A stretch of DNA of 64,000 nucleotides from Minisyncoccota bacterium (GTDB taxonomy: Bacteria > Patescibacteriota > Minisyncoccia > UBA6257 > UBA9933): assembly GCA_041653755.1 (NCBI GenBank), contig JBAZEU010000002.1, positions 16,707 to 80,706 on the forward strand. The letters are read 5' to 3'. Under the pieces are notes generated by a model. It saw only the letters and a program-made list of their open reading frames with translations, did no database searches and was not told where the DNA came from. Below, piece by piece: positions 19,418 to 27,998 of the stretch. The position numbers and the translations under genes were made by a program. The stretch's first letter is position 1. Every line of letters starts with the position of its first letter.

Positions 19418-19864
19418 TTATTGTCCCCAGTCAATAAGTTCTGTAAATCGCAGATAGAATCCAAATGGATCTTCAACTCTGAAATCTCGCCAGAACGTTT
19501 CGCCGTCCTTTTTGCCCGTCACTGGTTGCTTGATGTTATCTTTTATCTTCGGCGCTATCTCATTATAAAAATCATCCACATGAGCGACGGGAATTGTTAA
19601 TTCGGTGGCGTACCCACGTTTTGTGTCTGTAGGAAAGTTCTTAAAATAAGCCTGGTTGTAGACTCTATCGTTACCGCCGTAAAAATTAAGGATCGTGTCA
19701 CCCTCATTATCATGTCGCCTGAGAACAAGATATCCAGGCTCCGTCGCAGTGGCCTTATTCTCCATAATCGGCTCGAAGCCAAGAAGGCCATAAAATTCCT
19801 TGGCAATGTTAAAATCTGGAACGTGTAATTCGATAATCAAATTGTTGCGTATAGGTAATTTCAT
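19418..19864 (-). CDS. VOC/glyoxalase family protein
   Basis: ELHVPDFNIAKEFYGLLGF…WRDFRVEDPFGFYLRF. Confidence 0.88.
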   Translation of the reverse strand: MKLPIRNNLIIELHVPDFNIAKEFYGLLGFEPIMENKATATEPGYLVLRRHDNEGDTILNFYGGNDRVYNQAYFKNFPTDTKRGYATELTIPVAHVDDFYNEIAPKIKDNIKQPVTGKKDGETFWRDFRVEDPFGFYLRFTELIDWGQ

Positions 19865-20463
19865 AATTTTTTATCTAATATCAAATATTTTATGAATTCT
19901 TTTCCAAACTCAGTTACTTTCACAAAAGGAGCAGCGATAGGGCCAACTCTGGATGAGTAATCTGACATCAATATTCCAGCAGTGACTAAATCATAAACAA
20001 GTTCATTTTTATTTTTAGTCTGTTCATAAATTTGATGGAAATCAGTCTTAGAAGTATCTACATCTCTCAAGACTACAAAATCATCAGCATTCAGAATACT
20101 TAAGATATGATACATCCTTTCCAACTCAAATCTATTCTGGTTATCAGATTGAGCAAAGCCCAGAAAAATAGCTCGCATCATTTTTCTTTTTTCTTCGTTT
20201 TTTTCACGAATATATCTCTCCAGAGCATACACAAATCCATCTTGAAATTTCGCATCTCTAAGAATGATCTCGGTGAAAGCTGACGGATTATCCTTAACCA
20301 TCTCAACCCATTCAAGCGCTCTCTGCTCACGAAGTTTCAAGCCCGCACCATATAAAGCCTTACTTAGACCCCAGGCTATATTCAGCCCAGGCAACGCCGA
20401 AGCGATTTGATCAGCGATGACTAATGCGGAGTCTTTTATAATTTGTTTATCTTTTTCGTTCAT
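19861..20463 (-). CDS. Hypothetical protein, Abi-alpha/DUF4393-like architecture
   Basis: Amphipathic N-terminal helix, central EEKR motif, wHTH-like end (LVTAGIL…VTEFGKEFIKYL). Confidence 0.55.
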   Translation of the reverse strand: MNEKDKQIIKDSALVIADQIASALPGLNIAWGLSKALYGAGLKLREQRALEWVEMVKDNPSAFTEIILRDAKFQDGFVYALERYIREKNEEKRKMMRAIFLGFAQSDNQNRFELERMYHILSILNADDFVVLRDVDTSKTDFHQIYEQTKNKNELVYDLVTAGILMSDYSSRVGPIAAPFVKVTEFGKEFIKYLILDKKL

Positions 20464-21968
20464 GACTTTTTATTTTTAGATTTCTCTCTTTCAATAACAA
20501 AATCGTAGGTTTTCTTAAACTCATAAACATTCAGGGTTGCCTTTTTATCTGCTTCTTGTCCGATCTGCCGTTCTATCATCCATTGTTCTTCAGGATTTTT
20601 CTTAAGATAGTCTCCTAATTTTTCGCTTTCTGCATGTGTAATTTGGAGATAATATTTTGTGCTGCCTTCAGCGTCTTTATTAAGAATTAAGACTACATCT
20701 TTTGGTTTTAAGAAATTATACCGACCATCACATTCATAAAGGGTATTAAATGATTCATTGCCATGTTTAAGCATGTTAAAATCTGGATCATTTAGGGTTA
20801 TTCCTTTTTCTTCATGAATCGTTCCGATGGTGGGACTTGGAAAAGATTCTGTAAATTTTTTTACACGCTTATAGCCATCCAGAGATTGCTGTCTTTTTTT
20901 AACCTCCAAATATTCATAAGTGCCAGCAATTGGGCCAGTCTTAAAATCAAAATCAACAAATATGTGCGGGAAGTTATGCCATCCATCACCCTTATCGTCT
21001 ATAACCAGCATCTCATCATATCGAATTAACCCGTTACTAAAAAATGTTGCCTGGTGGCGATGGGGCAAATGTTCCCAAAAATCTTCAACCTTATCACGGA
21101 TTTCCTGTTGTTTAGTTCTTTCTTCATGGGAGTCACTATCTCGAAAAACAAGATCGGCGACTCCCGTAAAATCAAACTCTTTCTTTTCTATATCGATATA
21201 AGCAAAATGCTTACGTAAATTTACTATGATTCCAAGAGGATGATATTGAATAAACCTGTATTCGCGCCATCGGGGATGTTCGCCAAAATCTTTATACCCA
21301 TTCTTGTAAGGATATTTCGAATCCTTTGAATCTCGAAGCAAAATTGATTTATAAAAGTCGTTACCCTCGCCGAATGTTCTGTATAACTTATTTTTGCATG
21401 CTACAACCTGCCTTATTTCCGTGGCCCGTGACCGTCTTTTACTAACTAACGAAATTCCAAAAAAGGTAAAAAGAATGCGATCATTTTTTGGGAGATAGAG
21501 CATATCCTCAAGCTCCGCCTTTCCCCAAAGATAAAATTCCATTACGCCTTTGTTCCGCAGCTCTTCTCGAAACGCATCATAAGAATCTTTGGAAAAATTT
21601 GAAGAAGCGGCCAGAATGTATCCGTATGGAGGATTTTTAGAATCAACATCAGAAAGAATTTCTTTTACTCGTTTCGGGCCTATTTCTTTCTCTCTTTTTC
21701 CTTGAATCATCCAAAGATTACCTTCCATAGGGTGTTTTTCTTCTGCCTCGTCACTTACCTCATCGTTTTCAGGCTGGGAATTTTTATAAACTTTTTCATG
21801 GGCGCGGATGTCAAAACCTTCGTCATTTCCGCTCCTGCCAGTTGCTTCGATAGTTTGCCAATCTTTGTAGTCGTAAATAAGCTCTCGAATTAAATCTTCG
21901 AATCGATGAGGGTCTAAATCTTCAAAATGTATTGGCCCGTATGTTCTTGTGACTCTTGATTTCGCCAT
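20460..21968 (-). CDS. Protein with an N-terminal Mrr-like PD-(D/E)xK restriction endonuclease domain
   Basis: FEDLDPHRFEDLIREL…GRSGNDEGFDIRA…WMIQGKR; start trimmed to MAKSRV. Confidence 0.8.
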   Translation of the reverse strand: MAKSRVTRTYGPIHFEDLDPHRFEDLIRELIYDYKDWQTIEATGRSGNDEGFDIRAHEKVYKNSQPENDEVSDEAEEKHPMEGNLWMIQGKREKEIGPKRVKEILSDVDSKNPPYGYILAASSNFSKDSYDAFREELRNKGVMEFYLWGKAELEDMLYLPKNDRILFTFFGISLVSKRRSRATEIRQVVACKNKLYRTFGEGNDFYKSILLRDSKDSKYPYKNGYKDFGEHPRWREYRFIQYHPLGIIVNLRKHFAYIDIEKKEFDFTGVADLVFRDSDSHEERTKQQEIRDKVEDFWEHLPHRHQATFFSNGLIRYDEMLVIDDKGDGWHNFPHIFVDFDFKTGPIAGTYEYLEVKKRQQSLDGYKRVKKFTESFPSPTIGTIHEEKGITLNDPDFNMLKHGNESFNTLYECDGRYNFLKPKDVVLILNKDAEGSTKYYLQITHAESEKLGDYLKKNPEEQWMIERQIGQEADKKATLNVYEFKKTYDFVIEREKSKNKKS

Positions 21969-21978
21969 ATTAAACTTG

Positions 21979-22167
21979 CTATTTGTTTTTCTTATTACTT
22001 GTCTTCTCCAAAAAAGCGTGCAAATCTGATTCCTTGATTCTCCAAACCCCAATCTTAGATGCCTTTAACTTTCCAGATTCAATATACCGAGTTACCGATC
22101 GACCACTGACTCTCAGGATTTTTGCTACTTCGGGAATCGTGAGAAGTTTTTCCATTTTGGAATTCAT
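21979..22167 (-). CDS. Excisionase-like HTH_17 DNA-binding protein
   Basis: LLTIPEVAKILRVSGRSVTRYIESGKLKASKIGVWRIKESDL. Confidence 0.9.
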   Translation of the reverse strand: MNSKMEKLLTIPEVAKILRVSGRSVTRYIESGKLKASKIGVWRIKESDLHAFLEKTSNKKNK

Positions 22168-22264
22168 AAAATTTATTGACTATTGATACGTCCATTGTAG
22201 CTCTACAAATCTTTGTTGTCAAAGTTGGCATTTTTTGTCATAATGGAAATAAATTACAATTACT

Positions 22265-22897
22265 ATGAGCCTACCAAAAACAATTTCAGATATCATCAGG
22301 GCTATCCACGCCAAATTAGAGATTGCTCCAGAAAAAGATAGAATTATCGCTATTTCTCTGTGGGATTTCCAAGACCAAAGCGGAGACACCATACCCAAGG
22401 GTGACATGAAAAGTGGACTAAAAAAATTAGCAGAAGATGAAAAACTCTTTCAATTAAAAGACATCCGATGCCTTGATAAATTGGGAAGATTTTCTGGCGA
22501 AGAAATAAAGATCGAAATAGATCGTGAGCGATTTGTAAAATTCTACAAAAAACACCTCCAAGAACAAAAAGCTCCGATCGGTAATATTGAATTCTTAGAC
22601 GATGAGGCATTGTTAAAACTGGGGGATAAAAAATGTCCCTTACCGCCATATAAAAACGAGCACTTTTTCTGCCAAGCCGCTTTCGAGCATCCAATCAATG
22701 AGCCGATTGACTGGTCGATTATTTACGAAAAAATGACGGGCTATTATGAGAAACACTTTGGCAAAACAAAGGATACGAGAGAAAACTGGCATCAGGTATA
22801 CGACACGATGGAAGCAATCAATAAACGAGCGGAAGAATTATTGAATATAGAAAAGTTATTTGTTTGGCGGGAAAAATCGATAAAAAGAACCCGATAA
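22265..22897 (+). CDS. Hypothetical protein, possible C-terminal winged-helix regulator
   Basis: Divergent from the xis-like gene; C-terminal half resembles an OmpR-type wHTH layout (weak). Confidence 0.6.
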   Translation: MSLPKTISDIIRAIHAKLEIAPEKDRIIAISLWDFQDQSGDTIPKGDMKSGLKKLAEDEKLFQLKDIRCLDKLGRFSGEEIKIEIDRERFVKFYKKHLQEQKAPIGNIEFLDDEALLKLGDKKCPLPPYKNEHFFCQAAFEHPINEPIDWSIIYEKMTGYYEKHFGKTKDTRENWHQVYDTMEAINKRAEELLNIEKLFVWREKSIKRTR

Positions 22898-22912
22898 GCC
22901 AACAAAATCAAT

Positions 22913-22939
22913 TGAGTCAACAAATTCTCAGTTGACTCA
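22913..22939. promoter_or_regulatory. Inverted repeat (operator or origin candidate)
   Basis: TGAGTCAAC-N9-GTTGACTCA upstream of the primase operon. Confidence 0.5.
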
Positions 22940-23011
22940 CCCAGTGATTTTATAAAGTCAAAGCAGGATACGCTTTGGCTTTTTTAATTCGCCAGAGCTC
23001 CCACAAATTAT

Positions 23012-23296
23012 ATGTCCAAAAAATTATCCAAAAATGGGGAGCAAGAATACACGCCCGAAGACTACACAAAATATTTATCCACGTTTGATCTGGGAGCAGC
23101 CGCCTCACTGGTGTCGGCTGGTTTTGAGCTTGTCTCGCTGGATAAAACCAACCCCAGAAAAGTGCAGTTCATCTTTCGCCGAGTCATCGGCATTGAAAAG
23201 GTCGTTGATGATTACTGGTCAGATAAGCTCGAAGTTAAGGCACGATCATTCTTTGACAATGTGAAGATGCTAAAAAACCGAATCTATTCGGAATAG
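23012..23296 (+). CDS. DUF5659-like protein
   Basis: TFDLGAAASLVSAGFEL…VQFIF…YW…L.V….F….KMLKNRIY. Confidence 0.7.
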   Translation: MSKKLSKNGEQEYTPEDYTKYLSTFDLGAAASLVSAGFELVSLDKTNPRKVQFIFRRVIGIEKVVDDYWSDKLEVKARSFFDNVKMLKNRIYSE

Positions 23297-23300
23297 GCCT

Positions 23301-23498
23301 ATGCTGTCGGACGAGCAAATTAAAAAATACCAGATGCTTCATAAGAATCGCTATGGCACAGAGATCAGCAGAGAAGAAGCATACACGAGAGGCGCACAGC
23401 TCCTCCGACTCATTGAACTTATTTACAAACCGATGACCGAAGAAGAATTCCAAAAACTTCAGGAGCGACGCAAGGAAACTGGCGACCTAAAAACCTAA
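23301..23498 (+). CDS. Small hypothetical protein of the element
   Basis: Tightly packed in the operon; MLSDEQIKKYQ…YGTEISREEA. Confidence 0.7.
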   Translation: MLSDEQIKKYQMLHKNRYGTEISREEAYTRGAQLLRLIELIYKPMTEEEFQKLQERRKETGDLKT

Positions 23499-23509
23499 GT
23501 AAAAACATT

Positions 23510-25687
23510 ATGCAAGAATTACAAACAATTACCATTAAAGAATATTTATCCCGCAAAGGCGTTGCTTTTCGGGAGAGTGGCAATGAGCTCGTCGTTAAGT
23601 GCCTTTTTAATAACTGCGATAAAGATAGCCAATCAAACGAAGCTCACCTGTATTTTGATATTGCCACTGGCCAATACGAATGCAAGAAATGCGGCGAGAA
23701 AGGTAACCTCATAACGCTCGCAAAATATCTGGGGGATGATATAAGCGAGATCGCAATAAATCAGCGAGATTCAGCGATTAAGCCACGTCTCGCAAAATTT
23801 GGAGCTGTGTCGGCAGATGCCTGCCACTTGGCACTTACTCCCGATATCAGAAAGTATTTGAACGCCAGGGGCATTTCTGACCCCGTTGTGGACGCTTTCA
23901 AACTGGGCTGGGGAAAGTTCTACGGAAAATACTGGATTACCATACCCATAAAGAACATCTATGGGTCTTTTCAGTTTTTGAAATTACGCCAAGACCCGAA
24001 CGCTGGGAACGACAAAATGACTTATCCAAAAGGAATCGAGGCTCAGATTTACGGCTGGGAGATGCTGACGGAAAATCATGATCGGATAATAATCTGCGAA
24101 GGCGAGCTGGACAGGCTGGCTTTGCTCTCAAAAAATATTCCTGCCGTCACCTCAACGCATGGCGCACTGACCTTCAAAAAAGAATGGATAGAGAAAATCG
24201 GAAAAGGCAAAAAAATTTATATCTGCTACGACAACGACGAGGCTGGCAGAAAAGGATCGGAGCGGGTGGCAAAGTTGCTGGAAAATTCTGGCAATGAAAT
24301 CTTTATCGTTACGCTTCCAAACGAAGTCGGCGAAGGCGGAGACATTACTGACTACCTGGTAAAACTCAACGGCGATCCCGAAGATTTATTCAACAGATAC
24401 GCCAAACCCTATCCAGAGAAAATCGATGCCTCACAATTCAAACCATTAACCGCAAAAGAAATCGTTGAAACACTGGGATTGACTATAAAAAAAGATGAGG
24501 AAAATAAGCTGATAACATTTCTATGCGAGCTCTCGGCCTACACAGAAAACTCCCAGCTCAACATTTCTTTTAACGCCCCGTCATCAACAGGCAAGTCATA
24601 CATCCCAACTGAGATTGCCAGACTCTTTCCAGAAGACGATGTTATTGAAGTCGGTTACTGCAGCCCCACAGCATTTTTTCATGACGTGGGAGAATATGAC
24701 AAAGAAAGAAATGGCTACTTGGTAGACTTGAGTCGCAGGATTTTAATCTTTTTGGATCAGCCACACACCCTACTCCTTCAACACTTGAGGCCGCTACTTT
24801 CTCACGATAAAAAAGAAATTAGATTAAAAATCACTGATAAGTCTCAAAGAGCAGGCCTGAAAACCAAAAACATATTTCTCAGAGGATTCCCTGCGGTGAT
24901 TTTCTGCACGGCAGGACTGACGGCCGATGAACAGGAAGCAACTCGATTTATGCTCCTCTCTCCAGAAACCAATCAGGAAAAAATCAGGCAGGCAATCTAC
25001 GAAAAAATAAAGAAAGAAACCGATAGTCAGAAATACGAAAACCTACTGGAAGGGAACAAAGAAAGAAAATCCCTTAAAGAAAGAATACGAGCCATCAAAC
25101 TGGAAAACGTCAAGGGAATAAAAATAGGTTCACCAGAAGAATTAGAGAAGACGTTTTTCAGACAGAATAAAATGCTTAAACCAAGACACCAGCGAGACAT
25201 CGGCCGCATCATTTCTCTTGTCAAAGCATTTGCGCTATTGAATTTATGGTTTAGGGAAAGAGACGGGTCAATCATTGTTGCGAACGAAGATGATATCAAA
25301 GAAGCGTTCAACGTCTGGGATACGATTTCCGAGAGCCAAGAGCTCAATCTTCCGCCATATGTTTACAAGCTTTTTCAGGAAATAATAATCCCAGCATGGA
25401 ATGAAAAAAATCAAAGCCGAGACGAGTTTGAAAAAATCACGGGCCAGCTGGGATTAACCAGGCGAGAGATTCAGCGAAAACATGTTCAGGTTTATGGGAG
25501 AACGCTGGCCGACTGGTTTCTGCGCCAGCAAATTATTCCATTGCTTGAAAGCGCAGGATTGATCTGCCAAGAACCTGATCCGAATGATAAACGGAAAATG
25601 TTAATTTACCCCACCGCTCCACTCGGTAATTCAATAAGCCAAAACAATAGTGAGCCCAATGGTGGGGTAGAAAAATTAAGCCTATGA
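23510..25687 (+). CDS. DnaG-type primase (Zn finger + Toprim) fused to a P-loop helicase
   Basis: C…H…CKKC zinc finger; ICEGELD and CYDNDEAG Toprim; Walker A APSSTGKS. Confidence 0.9.
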   Translation: MQELQTITIKEYLSRKGVAFRESGNELVVKCLFNNCDKDSQSNEAHLYFDIATGQYECKKCGEKGNLITLAKYLGDDISEIAINQRDSAIKPRLAKFGAVSADACHLALTPDIRKYLNARGISDPVVDAFKLGWGKFYGKYWITIPIKNIYGSFQFLKLRQDPNAGNDKMTYPKGIEAQIYGWEMLTENHDRIIICEGELDRLALLSKNIPAVTSTHGALTFKKEWIEKIGKGKKIYICYDNDEAGRKGSERVAKLLENSGNEIFIVTLPNEVGEGGDITDYLVKLNGDPEDLFNRYAKPYPEKIDASQFKPLTAKEIVETLGLTIKKDEENKLITFLCELSAYTENSQLNISFNAPSSTGKSYIPTEIARLFPEDDVIEVGYCSPTAFFHDVGEYDKERNGYLVDLSRRILIFLDQPHTLLLQHLRPLLSHDKKEIRLKITDKSQRAGLKTKNIFLRGFPAVIFCTAGLTADEQEATRFMLLSPETNQEKIRQAIYEKIKKETDSQKYENLLEGNKERKSLKERIRAIKLENVKGIKIGSPEELEKTFFRQNKMLKPRHQRDIGRIISLVKAFALLNLWFRERDGSIIVANEDDIKEAFNVWDTISESQELNLPPYVYKLFQEIIIPAWNEKNQSRDEFEKITGQLGLTRREIQRKHVQVYGRTLADWFLRQQIIPLLESAGLICQEPDPNDKRKMLIYPTAPLGNSISQNNSEPNGGVEKLSL

Positions 25688-26376
25688 CGAGAGAAATAAT
25701 ACCAATTAAAAATAATAGCTTGAACCTCGACAACCCAGAGGATAGATTAATTTTTTACAAAGAAACCCTAAGCAAGATTACGAGCGTATTTTTTGACCCG
25801 CAAAAAATGGACGAAATCTATAAAGGGTTTGAAGAAATAGCAGAGCTTAGACGCAAGGCAAAAACAGAAAAAGAAGAAAAAGCACTAAACCAGAGATCGC
25901 TTAAACTAAGCCAGCAGGCCGCTCACATAAAATTGTATCCCTGGGAGAACCTGCTCCCGCTTGCCCTTAGCGGCAAAGAAGATATAACACCCGTCTCAGA
26001 AATGCGCAGCTCGCTCATTGACGAATACTGCCCGAAGACTCCAACCGAATTGGCCTTGATAGAAACCATCGCCATTGCCCATTATAACTTCATAAGAAAT
26101 ACGGGGGTTTTGAATACGCACCTGATGACCAAAGACGAAACTTCGAGAACGCTCCATTTTGACTCACTACAGATGAAAGCAGCAAAAGAAGCTGCAAAAG
26201 CCGTTGATCTTGCTTACAGGCAATTCACCAATTCAATTATGCTCCTGAAAGAACTGAGACAACCGAAATTAAATATCCATGTCAAAACCGAGAACGCTTA
26301 TCTTGCCAAAAATCAGCAGGTAATCAATGTCAAAAAATCAAACAGAAAAAAGGAGAAAATCATTAATGCCAAATGA
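25684..26376 (+). CDS. Hypothetical helical protein of the element
   Basis: ATGA overlap with the primase; 230-aa ORF. Confidence 0.7.
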   Translation: MTREIIPIKNNSLNLDNPEDRLIFYKETLSKITSVFFDPQKMDEIYKGFEEIAELRRKAKTEKEEKALNQRSLKLSQQAAHIKLYPWENLLPLALSGKEDITPVSEMRSSLIDEYCPKTPTELALIETIAIAHYNFIRNTGVLNTHLMTKDETSRTLHFDSLQMKAAKEAAKAVDLAYRQFTNSIMLLKELRQPKLNIHVKTENAYLAKNQQVINVKKSNRKKEKIINAK

Positions 26377-26707
26377 TTTCGGAAAAAAATATATGAGAAC
26401 CCTCATCGAACAATGCCAAAAAATCAATATCGACAGCCTGCTAAAAGACATAAAGGCCGAGATCAAGGAGTTGCGCCTGAAGATAAAGCTGAAGGAATTC
26501 GGACAGAAGATTGAAATAACTTCAACGCCTTGCTACTTCGGCGAAGAAAGATATTGGTTTATCTGCCCGAAATGCAGGAAACGAGCAGGAACTCTGTATA
26601 AGCCACCGACTCAAGACATCTTCCTTTGCCGAAAATGCCACGACTTAAAATACATGAGTTCCAGTCATCATCGAATGTTCGAAGAAAAATTAACCAAAGG
26701 CTTATAG
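26366..26707 (+). CDS. Zinc-ribbon protein
   Basis: TPCYFGEERYWFICPKC…FLCRKCHDLKY. Confidence 0.75.
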   Translation: MPNDFGKKYMRTLIEQCQKINIDSLLKDIKAEIKELRLKIKLKEFGQKIEITSTPCYFGEERYWFICPKCRKRAGTLYKPPTQDIFLCRKCHDLKYMSSSHHRMFEEKLTKGL

Positions 26708-26715
26708 CACATTGA

Positions 26716-26904
26716 GAAATCAGACAAAATGAGGTAAAATATAATTGCGTCCTACAAGTTTGAATATCTGCACAGGGTGATTGCTTCTTTTGAAGCCCAA
26801 TTGCGGGCTGAAAGGGGCGACTATCCTCCACAATTGGTTGCCTTGTGCAATTCAATCTTGTGGGACGCAGGCTCTGGTCGTCCCTTTTTGTTTTATTTGA
26901 CTTC
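26716..26904 (+). ncRNA. Candidate structured RNA or structured DNA site in the element
   Basis: tgcgtcctacaag/cttgtgggacgca, ttgaat/attcaa, tgcacagggtgatt/ggttgccttgtgca, and outer stem gaaatcagacaaaatgagg/cctttttgttttatttgacttc. Many G-U pairs on the + strand. Confidence 0.55.
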
Positions 26905-26961
26905 CTTAAACCTTTGGCCCATGTATGTGTGTAGAGCAATACAATTAAAAGTTTACATAAT

Positions 26962-27996
26962 ATGACAAGACCATTAAACACAAAAATATTAATATTAAGC
27001 ATTAGCGGAATAGTCCTGCTGACTTTGACGGCAATCGGGCTATTCGCATACTTCTCACTCTTTGGCGCACCGCAAACAAAAGCTGAGCCAGAAAGATTCA
27101 TCGTCTCAATGAATCAATCAAAACAAGACCTAATCGCAAAACTCCACGAGCAAGGATTTATCAAAAGCGAGTGGGGTTTTAATTATGCGCTTGAAGGAAA
27201 CGACATCCAGCCAGGCGGATACAAAATCTCAAAAAGCATGACGGCCTGGGAGATGGCGAAAGCACTTAAAGAACCTTACATGAAATGGGTCGTAATTCCC
27301 GAAGGATTAAGAAAAGAACAGATCGGAGAACTTATCGGTGATGCGCTTAGTTGGAACGAACAGCAAAAGAAAGACTGGGCCGTGAAGTATACAGCAATGG
27401 CTTACGACCAGCTGGAAGGCATTTACTTTCCTGACACATATCTCCTTCCGAAGGACGAAACAGTGCTCCAGATTTCTGATCGGCTGAGAGCTAAATTCAA
27501 TGAAAAATTTAAGCCTTATGCCAACAAATTTGTGACAGCTAATATCCAATGGACAACGGCATTAAAGCTTGCCTCAATCGTCCAAAGAGAAGCAGCTGGC
27601 AAGAGCGATATGCCACTCGTGGCAGGAATTCTCTGGAACAGATTATTAAAAGGAATGAAGCTCGAAGCTGACGACACAATCCAATACATCCGAGACGACG
27701 TGATCCATTACGGCGAAGCCAGATTTGATGCACAGCCAAAAAATTATACCAGCAAGGGAGATTGGTGGAAGCCAATAAAATTGGCCGATAAACAGATCGA
27801 GTCGCCTTATAACACATACAGAAATAAAGGACTTCCACCTCATCCAATCTGCAACCCAGGCCTGGATGCAATCGATGCGGTGTTAAACTCGGCCGACACT
27901 GAATGTCTTTATTATCTGCACGATTCAAGTGGACAAATTCACTGCGCCAAAACCTACGAGGAACACAAGGCCAACATTGAAAAATATTTGAAATAA
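26962..27996 (+). CDS. mltG: Endolytic transglycosylase MltG/YceG (element-borne copy)
   Basis: TM anchor, IPEGLR, LEGIYFPDTY, ASIVQRE, NRL..GM.LEAD, SPYNTY..GLPP.PICNPG. Confidence 0.9.
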   Translation: MTRPLNTKILILSISGIVLLTLTAIGLFAYFSLFGAPQTKAEPERFIVSMNQSKQDLIAKLHEQGFIKSEWGFNYALEGNDIQPGGYKISKSMTAWEMAKALKEPYMKWVVIPEGLRKEQIGELIGDALSWNEQQKKDWAVKYTAMAYDQLEGIYFPDTYLLPKDETVLQISDRLRAKFNEKFKPYANKFVTANIQWTTALKLASIVQREAAGKSDMPLVAGILWNRLLKGMKLEADDTIQYIRDDVIHYGEARFDAQPKNYTSKGDWWKPIKLADKQIESPYNTYRNKGLPPHPICNPGLDAIDAVLNSADTECLYYLHDSSGQIHCAKTYEEHKANIEKYLK

Positions 27997-27998
27997 CT

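Noticed and set aside
26559-27101. ORFs 26559..27101(-) and 26777..26965(+)
   Set aside because: They overlap real genes or the structured hairpin and have no recognisable motifs.
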